From NCBI GenBank assembly GCA_049521175.1, contig JBEKPB010000012.1, forward strand, positions 3,929 through 67,928: a DNA stretch of 64,000 nucleotides, given 5' to 3'. The position numbers were made by a program, and so were the translations under genes. The stretch comes from Candidatus Limnocylindrales bacterium. Its GTDB lineage: Bacteria > Chloroflexota > Limnocylindria > Limnocylindrales > CSP1-4. Of the stretch, positions 1 through 8,770 are shown piece by piece (the first letter of the stretch is position 1; each line of letters begins with the position of its first letter). Below the pieces are notes generated by a model. It saw nothing but the letters and a program-made list of their open reading frames with translations. It did not search any database and was not told where the DNA came from.

Positions 1-576
1 TACGTGGACGTTCGCGAGGCGATCCTGAGCCTCTCGACGCCTGTGCCATCCGACCGGGGAGTGGTTGCAGCCCTCGAGGAGTACGCGGCCCTGTACGCCG
101 AATCGTCAAAGCTTGCGGTCAGGTTCCAGGCCAGCGCCGAGGCTGCCAGGGCTCAGCTGTCGGCAGCGGTCCAGGCGGAGATCTTCAGCATCGCCCGCGA
201 AGCCCTGACCAACGTCCGCAAGCACGCCCGCGCCCAGCGCGTGAGCGTGACCTTGGCCGTCGAAGAGGGCGGGATGGTGCTGCGCATCCAGGACGACGGG
301 GTCGGCTTCGAGGCCGAGCTGCTCGCGACCGGACCGGAGCGGTGGCCGCACTTCGGTCTGGCGGGCATGCGCGAGCGAGCCGAATCGGTCGGCGGGCGGA
401 TCACCTGGCGCAGCCGTCCCGGCGCCGGCGCCCTGGTCGAGCTACATGTTCCTGTGGGAAACGACCCATTGACCTACCCACTCAATAGAGTTGCTTCGTC
501 CGGTGAGACGGAGCATCCTGAAGCGCAGCATCAGGCGGTCCGATCGCCCGCTGCGGCCGCAACGGAGGCAGACTGA
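1..576 (+). CDS. Sensor histidine kinase, NarX/DesK (HisKA_3) type; C-terminal part only, 5' end outside the window
   Basis: HATPase motifs EALTNVRKHA, IQDDGVGF, GLAGMRER and PGAGALV; NarL-type regulator directly downstream. Confidence 0.92.
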   Translation, partial: YVDVREAILSLSTPVPSDRGVVAALEEYAALYAESSKLAVRFQASAEAARAQLSAAVQAEIFSIAREALTNVRKHARAQRVSVTLAVEEGGMVLRIQDDGVGFEAELLATGPERWPHFGLAGMRERAESVGGRITWRSRPGAGALVELHVPVGNDPLTYPLNRVASSGETEHPEAQHQAVRSPAAAATEAD

Positions 577-580
577 CGCC

Positions 581-1276
581 ATGAGAACTGTGCTCGTCGA
601 TGACCATGCGCTCTTCCGTGACGGGGTCGCATCGCTGCTGCTGGCGTGGGGCCACGAGGTAGTTGGCCAGGCCGCCGACGGCGCCGCGGCCGTGGAAATC
701 GTGGACGAAACGTCGCCGGACGTCGTTCTCATGGACGTTCGCATGCCAAACGTGTCCGGTCTGGAGGCCACGGCCAGGATCAAGGAGCGCCATCCTGAGG
801 TCGCCATCGTCATGCTGACGGTGAGCGAGGATGAGGCGGACCTCTTCCGCGCTATCAAGGCCGGCGCTCAGGGTTACCTGCTCAAGAACCTGGAAGCGCC
901 GCAGCTGCGATCGATGCTCGAAGGGGTCGCCCGCGGGGAGCCTGCGATCACTCCGGCCACGGCAGCCCGGATCATCGACGAGTTCCTCAGGACGCCAGGC
1001 GGAACGCCTCAGACGAACCAGCGCCTGACCGATCGCGAGATCGAGGTTCTGCAGCTCGTCACGGCAGGCCAGCGCAACCGCGAGATTGCCAGCGAGCTCG
1101 GGATCAGCGAGAACACCGTCAAGTTCCACCTCAAGAACATCGTGGAGAAGCTCCACGCGCAGAACCGGGCCGAGCTGGCCGCTCGGGCGGTACGCGAGGG
1201 GCTGGTGCCTGACCTTCCGCGCGACGGGTCCGCCCACGAGCGACCGCGCCACGATCTGTCGTATCGCCGCCGCTGA
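581..1276 (+). CDS. NarL/LuxR-family response regulator
   Basis: REC domain (VLVDDH, LMDVRMP, GYLLK) plus LuxR HTH (LTDREIEVL...NREIA...TVKFHLKNI); ATG 581 after GGAGG. Confidence 0.95.
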   Translation: MRTVLVDDHALFRDGVASLLLAWGHEVVGQAADGAAAVEIVDETSPDVVLMDVRMPNVSGLEATARIKERHPEVAIVMLTVSEDEADLFRAIKAGAQGYLLKNLEAPQLRSMLEGVARGEPAITPATAARIIDEFLRTPGGTPQTNQRLTDREIEVLQLVTAGQRNREIASELGISENTVKFHLKNIVEKLHAQNRAELAARAVREGLVPDLPRDGSAHERPRHDLSYRRR

Positions 1277-1370
1277 TTTCGAGCTGGCCTCTTCCTAAGC
1301 GCTGGCTCCCTGACTGCTGAACCAATCGGCCTCGATCGGCCGCGGTCCGGTCATGGGGTGGGCAGCCGGC

Positions 1371-1416
1371 CCACCTTGCAGGGTAGGGCAACTCCTTCCC
1401 TCCGGCAGTGTACGAC
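1371..1416 (+). promoter_or_regulatory. Candidate response-regulator site (CCACC-N6-GGTAG imperfect palindrome, 1371-1386) upstream of a -10-like TACGAC (1411-1416)
   Basis: Palindrome seen in sequence, placed like a class II activator site; binding is inferred. Confidence 0.4.
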
Positions 1417-1472
1417 GGGGGCCCTCGGACGCCATCCTCAGGCCGAGCAAATTCGCATGGCCGAGGCGTTCT

Positions 1473-3485
1473 ATGGGCTACCGGATCCAGATCGAAAACG
1501 CGGGTTGTTTGAACTGCGGCGTCTGCATGGACGTCTGCCCGGTTCAGGCCCTCGACATGAGCCGGCCTCAACGGCCCGGGGTTGAAGGAGCCGGAGTCTT
1601 CGGCAAACCCTTCGACTGGATGATGGAGTACCCGCTCCAGGTCGGGGAGTGCATCGGCTGTGGGATCTGCGTCCGCGAGTGCCCGACCCACGTCGTTCTC
1701 CTCGACGGCGTTGCCGGCGCGACCCCGCTGGCCTCTCGCCAGGGCCCGATCAACCGGCCCGCCGAGCCGGCGCCCGCCTGGCAGCCGCTCAGCGAAGTCA
1801 CCAGCGAATCGCTCAAGCCGGCCCGCGTCTCACCGTGGGGCCATCTGTTCCAGTGGAACGTCAGCGAACGGCCCCAGGACTGGCAGGTCTGGCGGTCCAT
1901 GGTGACCGACTCTCGCGTGGATCCGATAGCCCCGTGCCAGGAAGCCTGCCCCGCCGGGACGGACGCCGGTCGGTACGTCGGCCTCATCGGCCAGGGCCGG
2001 TACGACGAGGCCTACGCCGTCGCCGCGGAAGTCAACCCATTCCCGTCCGTGTGCGGATGGATCTGCACCGCTCCGTGCGAATCGGCCTGCCGGCGCGGCA
2101 CCCTCGACGAACCGATCTCGATCCGGCGGCTGAAGCGTTTCGCTGCCGAGCAGGGCAAGCTGCCCCCCGTCGCTTCCCCCGCAAAGCGGTTGAACAAGAA
2201 GGTGGCGATCGTGGGCGGTGGACCGGCCGGCATGTCGGCCGCGTACTACCTGGCCAGGCTCGGATACACCGTCACCGTCTTCGAGGCGATGCCGGTGCCG
2301 GGCGGAATGATGGCCATCGGCATCCCCGAATACCGCCTGCCGCGAGTGGTTCTGCGCGAGGAGATCGACCGCATCGTCGGCCTCGGCGTGGAGCTCAAGC
2401 TCGACAACGCCATGGGCCGCGACTTCACCCTGGCGGATCTCGAGTCCAAGTACGACGCCATCTTCCTGGCCACGGGCGCTTCGCGAAGCCGCAAGCTTGG
2501 GGTGCCGGGCGACGGCCTGCCGGGCGTGGTTCCCGCGACGTTGTTCCTCAAGCAGGTCAACCTCGGCGAGAAGCCGTTCATCAAGGGTGCGGTCGTCGTC
2601 GTCGGCGGTGGCAGCACAGCCATGGACGCGGCCCGATCGGCTCTCCGGTCCGGTGCCTCGTCGGTGACGGTTCTCTATCGCCGCGGCCGGGCCGAGATGC
2701 CCGCCCAGTCCGAAGAGGTCGAGGCCGCCGAGCACGAAGGCATCAAGATCCTGTTCGAGGCTGCCGTAACCGAAGTCAAGGGCACCGACAAGGGCGTGAC
2801 CTCTGCCAGGTACCTGAGTCAGCGCCCGACCGGCAGGTTCGAGGGCGGGCGTGCGGTCTACGAGCCGATCCCCGGCAGCGATCGCGCCATCGACGCGGGG
2901 ACGGTCATGGTGGCCGTCGGCGAAGAGCCCGACCCTTCCATCCTGCCCCCCGGTGCCGGTATCGAGACGAGCGGCTTCTCCGGGATCGTGGCGGACTCCG
3001 GCCTGGCTACCGGTCGCAAGGGCGTCTTCGCTGGAGGCGACGTCGTTTCGGGCGCCAAGACGATCATCCATGCCGTCGGCGCGGGTCGCCGCGCCGCCGG
3101 TTCGATCCACGAATACCTCTCCGGCAGCAAGAACGGCGAGGCCGAGATCATGGCCAGCGTCCGGGTGCCCAAGGCTCCCGAACCGGTTCTGACCGTAGAC
3201 CTGGCCACGCGGCCGCGCGTCGGCATGGAGTTGCCGGCCTACACGCCTGGCTCCTTTGCCGCCACGCAACCGAGCCTCGAGCCGGCCGCGGCAAGAGCGG
3301 AAGCGTCGCGCTGCTTCCGGTGCGATGCCGTGTACCGCTGCGAGACCGTGCATGTCCAGTCGGGGCGCGGGCCGAGGGACGGCCCAGGTGCCCAGCCCAA
3401 CGAACCACCGCCGGCGGTTGGCGGCCGGCCCAATCTCGCCGCTTCGGCGAGCACTCCTCCGTCGATCTCAGGAGGTCGCGACTGA
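1473..3485 (+). CDS. FAD/NADP(H)-dependent Fe-S oxidoreductase (GltD/NfnB/SudA family) with an N-terminal 2x[4Fe-4S] ferredoxin domain
   Basis: CLNCGVCMDVCP and CIGCGICVRECP; APCQEACP and CGWICTAPCESAC; GGGPAG FAD motif; GGGSTAMD...LYRR NADP-type motif; C-terminal EASRCFRC. Confidence 0.88.
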   Translation: MGYRIQIENAGCLNCGVCMDVCPVQALDMSRPQRPGVEGAGVFGKPFDWMMEYPLQVGECIGCGICVRECPTHVVLLDGVAGATPLASRQGPINRPAEPAPAWQPLSEVTSESLKPARVSPWGHLFQWNVSERPQDWQVWRSMVTDSRVDPIAPCQEACPAGTDAGRYVGLIGQGRYDEAYAVAAEVNPFPSVCGWICTAPCESACRRGTLDEPISIRRLKRFAAEQGKLPPVASPAKRLNKKVAIVGGGPAGMSAAYYLARLGYTVTVFEAMPVPGGMMAIGIPEYRLPRVVLREEIDRIVGLGVELKLDNAMGRDFTLADLESKYDAIFLATGASRSRKLGVPGDGLPGVVPATLFLKQVNLGEKPFIKGAVVVVGGGSTAMDAARSALRSGASSVTVLYRRGRAEMPAQSEEVEAAEHEGIKILFEAAVTEVKGTDKGVTSARYLSQRPTGRFEGGRAVYEPIPGSDRAIDAGTVMVAVGEEPDPSILPPGAGIETSGFSGIVADSGLATGRKGVFAGGDVVSGAKTIIHAVGAGRRAAGSIHEYLSGSKNGEAEIMASVRVPKAPEPVLTVDLATRPRVGMELPAYTPGSFAATQPSLEPAAARAEASRCFRCDAVYRCETVHVQSGRGPRDGPGAQPNEPPPAVGGRPNLAASASTPPSISGGRD

Positions 3486-4117
3486 TGGATTCCGCAGCAT
3501 TCGGCGCAGCCGAGCAGTTCGTCGAAGGGACGATCGCCGCCGCCCTGGTAGCCCTGTGGCTGCTCGCCGTCGCACTGCACCTGGCGAGGCCCTATATGCT
3601 CGCCCTGACCCGCAAGTTCACCCTACGGCTCGGCGCCGACCTGTGGTGGACGATCTACGTCGGGATGCGAGACATCTTCCTTCTCCAGGTCTTCCTGGGC
3701 AGCTTAATCTTCTTCTACCCGGACGTCGTCAAGAACAACGATCTGCCGATCACCGGCGGGTTGGCGGCGGTCTTCGCTTTCGGGGCGCTGCTGCTCAAGC
3801 TGATGACCAGGGCCGATGCCGACCCGCGCAGCTTCAACGCCCAGACGTTCCTGATCGGTGCCGGCGCGACCCTGTACCTGGTGCCGTATCTCCTCGGGAC
3901 GCAGGTCACGACCGTGGGCAGCAGCATCTCCAACCAGCTGGCCTCCGTCCTGGTCAGCTCGCAGAACCAGACGATCGCCCTTGCACTGTGCTACCTGTCC
4001 GGCTTCCTCGTGGGGGTCATGGGTCTTGTAGCCGTCTTCTACAACCTCCGTCTTGCCGGGTCGGCCCCGCGCAAGAGCGATGCCGGCGCTGCCTCCCAGC
4101 CCGCGGCCCAGAGCTAG
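3485..4117 (+). CDS. Uncharacterised integral membrane protein (~5 TM), paralogue A
   Basis: TGATG coupling to the upstream gene, AGGAGG RBS, hydrophobic helices, clear similarity to the next ORF. Confidence 0.85.
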   Translation: MDSAAFGAAEQFVEGTIAAALVALWLLAVALHLARPYMLALTRKFTLRLGADLWWTIYVGMRDIFLLQVFLGSLIFFYPDVVKNNDLPITGGLAAVFAFGALLLKLMTRADADPRSFNAQTFLIGAGATLYLVPYLLGTQVTTVGSSISNQLASVLVSSQNQTIALALCYLSGFLVGVMGLVAVFYNLRLAGSAPRKSDAGAASQPAAQS

Positions 4118-4126
4118 GAGATCACC

Positions 4127-4753
4127 ATGTCTGACCAGCAAGCTTTCGTCCAGGGCGCGCAGTACTGGCTGATCCTGTCGGTCGCGGCGATACTGCCGAT
4201 CCTGTGGGCCTTCACCCTGGCGCTCCACTTCGCCCGCCCGTACGTCATTCGCTATCTGCAGGGCCTGACCCTGCGGTTCGGCGGCGACGTATGGTGGCTC
4301 AGCTACGTCCTGATTCGCGACGGCCTGCTCGTCGTGACCTTCGCCCTGAGCGCCATCTTCCTCTTCCCGAACGTCTACATGAGCGCCGACCTGGCCGTGC
4401 CGATCACGGCTCCGATCGCGGCGCTTGTGCTCTTCTGGGCGCTTCTGGCCAAGCTGACCGGCGATTCCGACGACGACCCGAAGACCTTCCGCATCGTCTC
4501 GGTGCTCCTCGTGGTGGCATCGATGCTCTACATCATTCCGCAGATATACGGCGTCGAGGCAGGCGACCAGGTGGACTCTCTCAATTCGATCGCCAACCTG
4601 GGCGGCATCCCCGGCGCCCTGGTCAGCGGCTCGAACCCCAGCCTCTCCTATCCGATCCTGAACCTCAGCCTTCTTGGCTTTGCGGCCACGGGTGCCGTCA
4701 TCTTCTTCTGGTTCATGAGCAAGACCAAGTTCGAGGCGGCCGATATCGCGTAA
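4127..4753 (+). CDS. Uncharacterised integral membrane protein (~5 TM), paralogue B
   Basis: AGGAG RBS; shares LHxARPY...TLRxGxDxWW..YV..RD motif with the previous ORF. Confidence 0.85.
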   Translation: MSDQQAFVQGAQYWLILSVAAILPILWAFTLALHFARPYVIRYLQGLTLRFGGDVWWLSYVLIRDGLLVVTFALSAIFLFPNVYMSADLAVPITAPIAALVLFWALLAKLTGDSDDDPKTFRIVSVLLVVASMLYIIPQIYGVEAGDQVDSLNSIANLGGIPGALVSGSNPSLSYPILNLSLLGFAATGAVIFFWFMSKTKFEAADIA

Positions 4754-4786
4754 CCGGCGAACCAGTCACTCGCTGCATACGCACAG

Positions 4787-4818
4787 GGACCGCCGCTCTT
4801 CGGAGCGGCGGTCCTTCT
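4787..4818. terminator. Perfect 12-bp hairpin with a cUUCGg loop between convergent operons
   Basis: GGACCGCCGCTC-TTCG-GAGCGGCGGTCC followed by only a short T tract. Confidence 0.7.
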
Positions 4819-4847
4819 GATTCCAGCGGGTATCGGCCGTTGAGTTG

Positions 4848-5741
4848 TTAGCGGTGCGGGCGATCCCGATCGATACCGCGCATGCCGGTCGGGATCCCCG
4901 TCGCGGCGGCCTCGTCCACGATCCAGATCGCGCCGGTCCGGCGAGTGCGCTGGACCGGCCAGCGGCGGCCGTCTCTGACCTCCCCGAACACATGACCGAT
5001 CGCCTCGGCCTTGGCCGTGCCGTAGGTAACGACCAGAACCGGCGCCGCTTCGAGGAGCCGCGGATTGATGGTCACGCGCGGCAAATGCGGCCCGATGTGT
5101 GCCGGCGCCGGCACGCCCATCGTCCAGGCCATGCTGTCCAGCGCCGGCGAACCCGGGAAGCACGACAGCACGTGACCGTCGTTGCCTACACCGACAAGGA
5201 TGAGGTCGAAGGCCGGCCAATTGCCCTCGACGAGCGGCAGGTGAGCGGCGAGCTCCTCTGCGTATCGGGCCGCGCACCAGTGGGTGTCTCGGTATTCGGC
5301 GAGGGCGCGGTCCGTCGGGAAGGGGTGGATGTTGGCCGACGGCACGGGTGCGCCGCCGGTCGATCCCGCGCCACCGAGCAGAACGTCATCGAAGGAGCTG
5401 ACGCACGACTCGGGGTGGCCGCGGGGCACGAAGCGGTCGTCGCCCCACCAGACGTGGACGTTTGCCCAGGGGATCCGATCTACCAGGGGCGACTGCGACA
5501 GAAACCGGTAGATCGGGATCGGCGTGTTGCCGCCGGTCGTGCAGAAATCGGCCCGACCGCGCCTGTCGACGGCGGCGACGAGCGCCGCCGCGATCATCTC
5601 AGCCGCCTCTCGGGCCGCATCGTCCGGGCTCGCGGCCACAACGATTTCGGGTTCGCCTTTGTTGGGAGCAGGCAGCGCAGCGACCGTCGTGCCGGACATC
5701 ACCTCGGCCCGCGGCGCGAGGTCAGGCTCCTGCTCGCTCAT
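4848..5741 (-). CDS. pgl: 6-phosphogluconolactonase
   Basis: TGGNTP, WWGDDRFVP and GVGNDGHVLSCFP motifs; zwf/opcA context. Confidence 0.93.
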   Translation of the reverse strand: MSEQEPDLAPRAEVMSGTTVAALPAPNKGEPEIVVAASPDDAAREAAEMIAAALVAAVDRRGRADFCTTGGNTPIPIYRFLSQSPLVDRIPWANVHVWWGDDRFVPRGHPESCVSSFDDVLLGGAGSTGGAPVPSANIHPFPTDRALAEYRDTHWCAARYAEELAAHLPLVEGNWPAFDLILVGVGNDGHVLSCFPGSPALDSMAWTMGVPAPAHIGPHLPRVTINPRLLEAAPVLVVTYGTAKAEAIGHVFGEVRDGRRWPVQRTRRTGAIWIVDEAAATGIPTGMRGIDRDRPHR

Positions 5742-5782
5742 TGTCCTGGCTCCTGTACCGGGCGGGTGGGTCCGATCCTGAA

Positions 5783-7105
5783 CTAGCCGTTGCCCCGGTC
5801 CTCGAGTGGCCGCCCGGCGTTCTGCCGCGCCTGCCCGTTGGATCCGGCCTTGTGAGAACCCGAATCTACGCCTAGAAGTCGATGGGCCATGGCCAGCGCG
5901 CCCACCGCGACAGGGTCGGAGGCACCTTCCTCCACGGCACGAGCCAGAAGATCGACGTCGGAGAGGCGTGGCGCGGCATAGCTGCGCCGGATCCGCTCGC
6001 GGCCGTCGTCATACACCGATACGTTGACGGTCCGATCGTCGGCGGCAACCCGGCCGATCAGTTCCGCGCCGCGCAGTCGGGACGTTATCTCCACCCGAGC
6101 GGTCGAGCCCGGCCCGAGATCGGACGAGACAGGCCGCAGGACGACCTCCACCGCGTGGTCCCGCTGACGCAGAGTGGCGAGCCGCCGCCCGCGCTCGGCC
6201 CGGCTCAGCGGAGCGACCACGGTCATCCCCAGTCGCGACGCCAGCCAGGCGACGTGGTAGAGCGGCCGGACCACGTTGGTCGTCCAGCCTGGGTCTCCCG
6301 GAGCGGCTGCGGCGTAGTCCACGTCGATGCGGCGGACCGCCCCGAGATGCGGCCGCAAGTCCGGCAGGTCGTACATGGATGCCATGGCCTCGCGCCACCG
6401 GGACTGCCGAAGCAACGCCCAATCCGCGACCACCAGGCGGCGCTCTTCGGCGACCACCGCCAGCTTGTCCAAGAGGTCGAGGCCGTCACCGGACCAGTCC
6501 GACCCGTCGACGATCAGCCGGTCGGCGATGGGCAACAGGCGATCGGCCCGATGGGTGCCGAACGGCGGGTCGTTCGGCATCCACATCGCGACGGGGAGAT
6601 CGTGCACGAGCAGCGGCACGATGATCGAAGCCAGGTGGTTGCCGGTCTCGCCCCGTGCCGTGACGTAGATGGTCTCGGCCCCGGTCTCGGCTCGGCCGTC
6701 GGCCGTGGTCAGCGACAGCGCCTCGATCCGAGCCTCGATACCCGCTGCCCCCCCGGTATCTTGTGCGGAGAGGATCAGCGACCGTGATGCGTGGCGGCTG
6801 GCCGTCGCGGTGATGGTGGCCGCGCACCGCTCCGCCGTGCGGCTGTCGCCGGCCAGCACGACCAGGTTCAAAACGCTGGTGCGGGCCGCGACGTGGTGGG
6901 CGGCGGCATCGATCGTCTCCCCGGCGGCGGCCAGCGAGGCTGCGGCTCGAGCCGCAGCCTCGGCCTGGGCGGCGACCAGCGCCACCTCGGCCTTCGCCGC
7001 TTCGGCCCTGGCGACGGCGGCGCGGGCCCACAGCTTGCCCAGCTGGCCCTCGATCTCCGAGACGGAGCGGGCCAGTGGACGCGGCGCGGTCAGATCCTTC
7101 GCCAC
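5783..7105 (-). CDS. opcA: Glucose-6-phosphate dehydrogenase assembly protein OpcA
   Basis: PLLVHDLPVAMW, RLIVDGSDW, DWALLRQSRWRE and WLASRLG; directly after zwf; GTG 7105 chosen as start. Confidence 0.88.
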   Translation of the reverse strand: MAKDLTAPRPLARSVSEIEGQLGKLWARAAVARAEAAKAEVALVAAQAEAAARAAASLAAAGETIDAAAHHVAARTSVLNLVVLAGDSRTAERCAATITATASRHASRSLILSAQDTGGAAGIEARIEALSLTTADGRAETGAETIYVTARGETGNHLASIIVPLLVHDLPVAMWMPNDPPFGTHRADRLLPIADRLIVDGSDWSGDGLDLLDKLAVVAEERRLVVADWALLRQSRWREAMASMYDLPDLRPHLGAVRRIDVDYAAAAPGDPGWTTNVVRPLYHVAWLASRLGMTVVAPLSRAERGRRLATLRQRDHAVEVVLRPVSSDLGPGSTARVEITSRLRGAELIGRVAADDRTVNVSVYDDGRERIRRSYAAPRLSDVDLLARAVEEGASDPVAVGALAMAHRLLGVDSGSHKAGSNGQARQNAGRPLEDRGNG

Positions 7106-8718
7106 CGTCTGCCGTCCCGTTCCATCAGCTCGTCGGCCGGCTCGGGCCCCCACGATCCGGCGGCGTAGTTGGGGAAATGCGGCGCCTGCATCTCGGACCA
7201 GGCGTTGATGATCGGCGTGACCACGGCCCAGGCGGCCTCGACCTCGTCCGATCGGGTGAACAGCGAGGCGTCGCCCAGCAGCGCGTCGAGGATCAGCGTC
7301 TCGTAGGCGTCGGGCGAGTCGACCACGAATGACGTGTCGTACGCGAAGTCCATGTTTACGGTCCGTACGTCCAGACCCAACCCCGGCACCTTGGCCGCGA
7401 AGCGGAGCATGATCCCTTCGTCGGGCTGGATACGCATCGCCAGGACGTTGGGCGTGGGGTCGCCGGCGGACTCACGGAAGAGTCGCAGTGGCGTCTCCTT
7501 GAACTGGATGGCGATCTCGGTAGCGCGCTTCGGAAGTCGCTTGCCGGCGCGCAGGTAGAACGGGACGCCGCTCCAGCGCCAATCGTCGATCTCGAACCGG
7601 CCCGCGACGTAGGTCTCGGTCTCGGACTCCGGATCGACCTCGGGCTCCTCGCGGTAGCCGGGGGCGGGCTCGCCCTGGACCCAGCCGGGGCCGTATTGAC
7701 CGCGGACCACGTTCCGGCGGACGTGCTCGGCGTCCGGGGCCGCGATCGCCCGCAGGACCTGGAGCTTCTGGTCGCGCAGCGCATCGGCCTGGAACGAAGA
7801 CGGCGGCTCCATCGCGACGAGGGTCATCAGCTGCAGGAGGTGGTTCTGGAGGATGTCGCGGCTGGCGCCGGTTTCCTCGTAGAAAGCGCCGCGGTTCTCG
7901 ACGCCGATCGATTCGGCCACTGTGATCTGGACGTGGTCCACGAAACTGCGATTCCAGACCGGTTCGAAGATGCCGTTACCGAACCGGAAGACGAGCAGAT
8001 TGCGGACGGTCTCCTTGCCCAGGTAGTGGTCGATGCGATAGACCTGCGATTCGCGGAAGACCTTGTTCACCTCGTGGTTGAGGTGGCGGGCCGATTCGAA
8101 GTCGCGTCCAAACGGCTTCTCGACGATCACGCGCCGCCAGCCCGCCCCGCGGACCTCGTGGTCCAGCCCGACACGGCCAATCTGGCGCACGATCTCGGTG
8201 ACCTGCGAGGGCTGGGTTGCGAGGTAGAAGAGCCGGTTGCCGGCCGTGCCGCATTTCGCGTCGAGCCTGTCCAGCGCCTCGACCAGCCGGTCGAACCCGG
8301 CGTCGTCCGAGAAGTCGAGCTGCTGGTAGGTGATTCGCTTGGCCAGCTCGGACCAGGAGGCTTCGTCTATCGGCTGGACTCGGGAGTACTTCTCCAGCGA
8401 GGCCCGCAGCTCCGCTGCGAACGCCTCGCTGGAATACGGCCGGCGAGCGACCGCGACCAGGCTGAATTCGGCAGGCAGCAGGTTGGTGCGCCACAGCTGG
8501 TAGATCGCCGGCACGACTTTGCGATGGGCGAGGTCGCCCGTGGCACCGAAGAGGACAAAGGCGCACGGATCCGGCACCCGCTCCAGGCGGAGCCCCTGCC
8601 GGAGGGGGTTGACGTCGGCGTCGGACCGCGCGCGTCGACGGGCGGCCGTGGCCGCCTCGCGGAGCTGGCGTGCGGTGCGGGCCGGGGGTGGCGCGCTGGG
8701 CGCTCGAGGTGGGCTCAT
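7090..8718 (-). CDS. zwf: Glucose-6-phosphate 1-dehydrogenase
   Basis: GATGDLA, EKPFG, RIDHYLGKE and QNHLLQ. Confidence 0.97.
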   Translation of the reverse strand: MSPPRAPSAPPPARTARQLREAATAARRRARSDADVNPLRQGLRLERVPDPCAFVLFGATGDLAHRKVVPAIYQLWRTNLLPAEFSLVAVARRPYSSEAFAAELRASLEKYSRVQPIDEASWSELAKRITYQQLDFSDDAGFDRLVEALDRLDAKCGTAGNRLFYLATQPSQVTEIVRQIGRVGLDHEVRGAGWRRVIVEKPFGRDFESARHLNHEVNKVFRESQVYRIDHYLGKETVRNLLVFRFGNGIFEPVWNRSFVDHVQITVAESIGVENRGAFYEETGASRDILQNHLLQLMTLVAMEPPSSFQADALRDQKLQVLRAIAAPDAEHVRRNVVRGQYGPGWVQGEPAPGYREEPEVDPESETETYVAGRFEIDDWRWSGVPFYLRAGKRLPKRATEIAIQFKETPLRLFRESAGDPTPNVLAMRIQPDEGIMLRFAAKVPGLGLDVRTVNMDFAYDTSFVVDSPDAYETLILDALLGDASLFTRSDEVEAAWAVVTPIINAWSEMQAPHFPNYAAGSWGPEPADELMERDGRRWRRI

Positions 8719-8770
8719 CGGGCGGTCGCCCCGAGGGTCGGGAGTGGATTCGCAGCTGTGTCGATCATGG

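Noticed and set aside
1649-4117. 822-aa ORF overlapping the flavoprotein
   Set aside because: Only the part from ATG 3485 is protein-like; the rest is an Arg/Gly/Pro-rich alternative frame typical of high-GC DNA.
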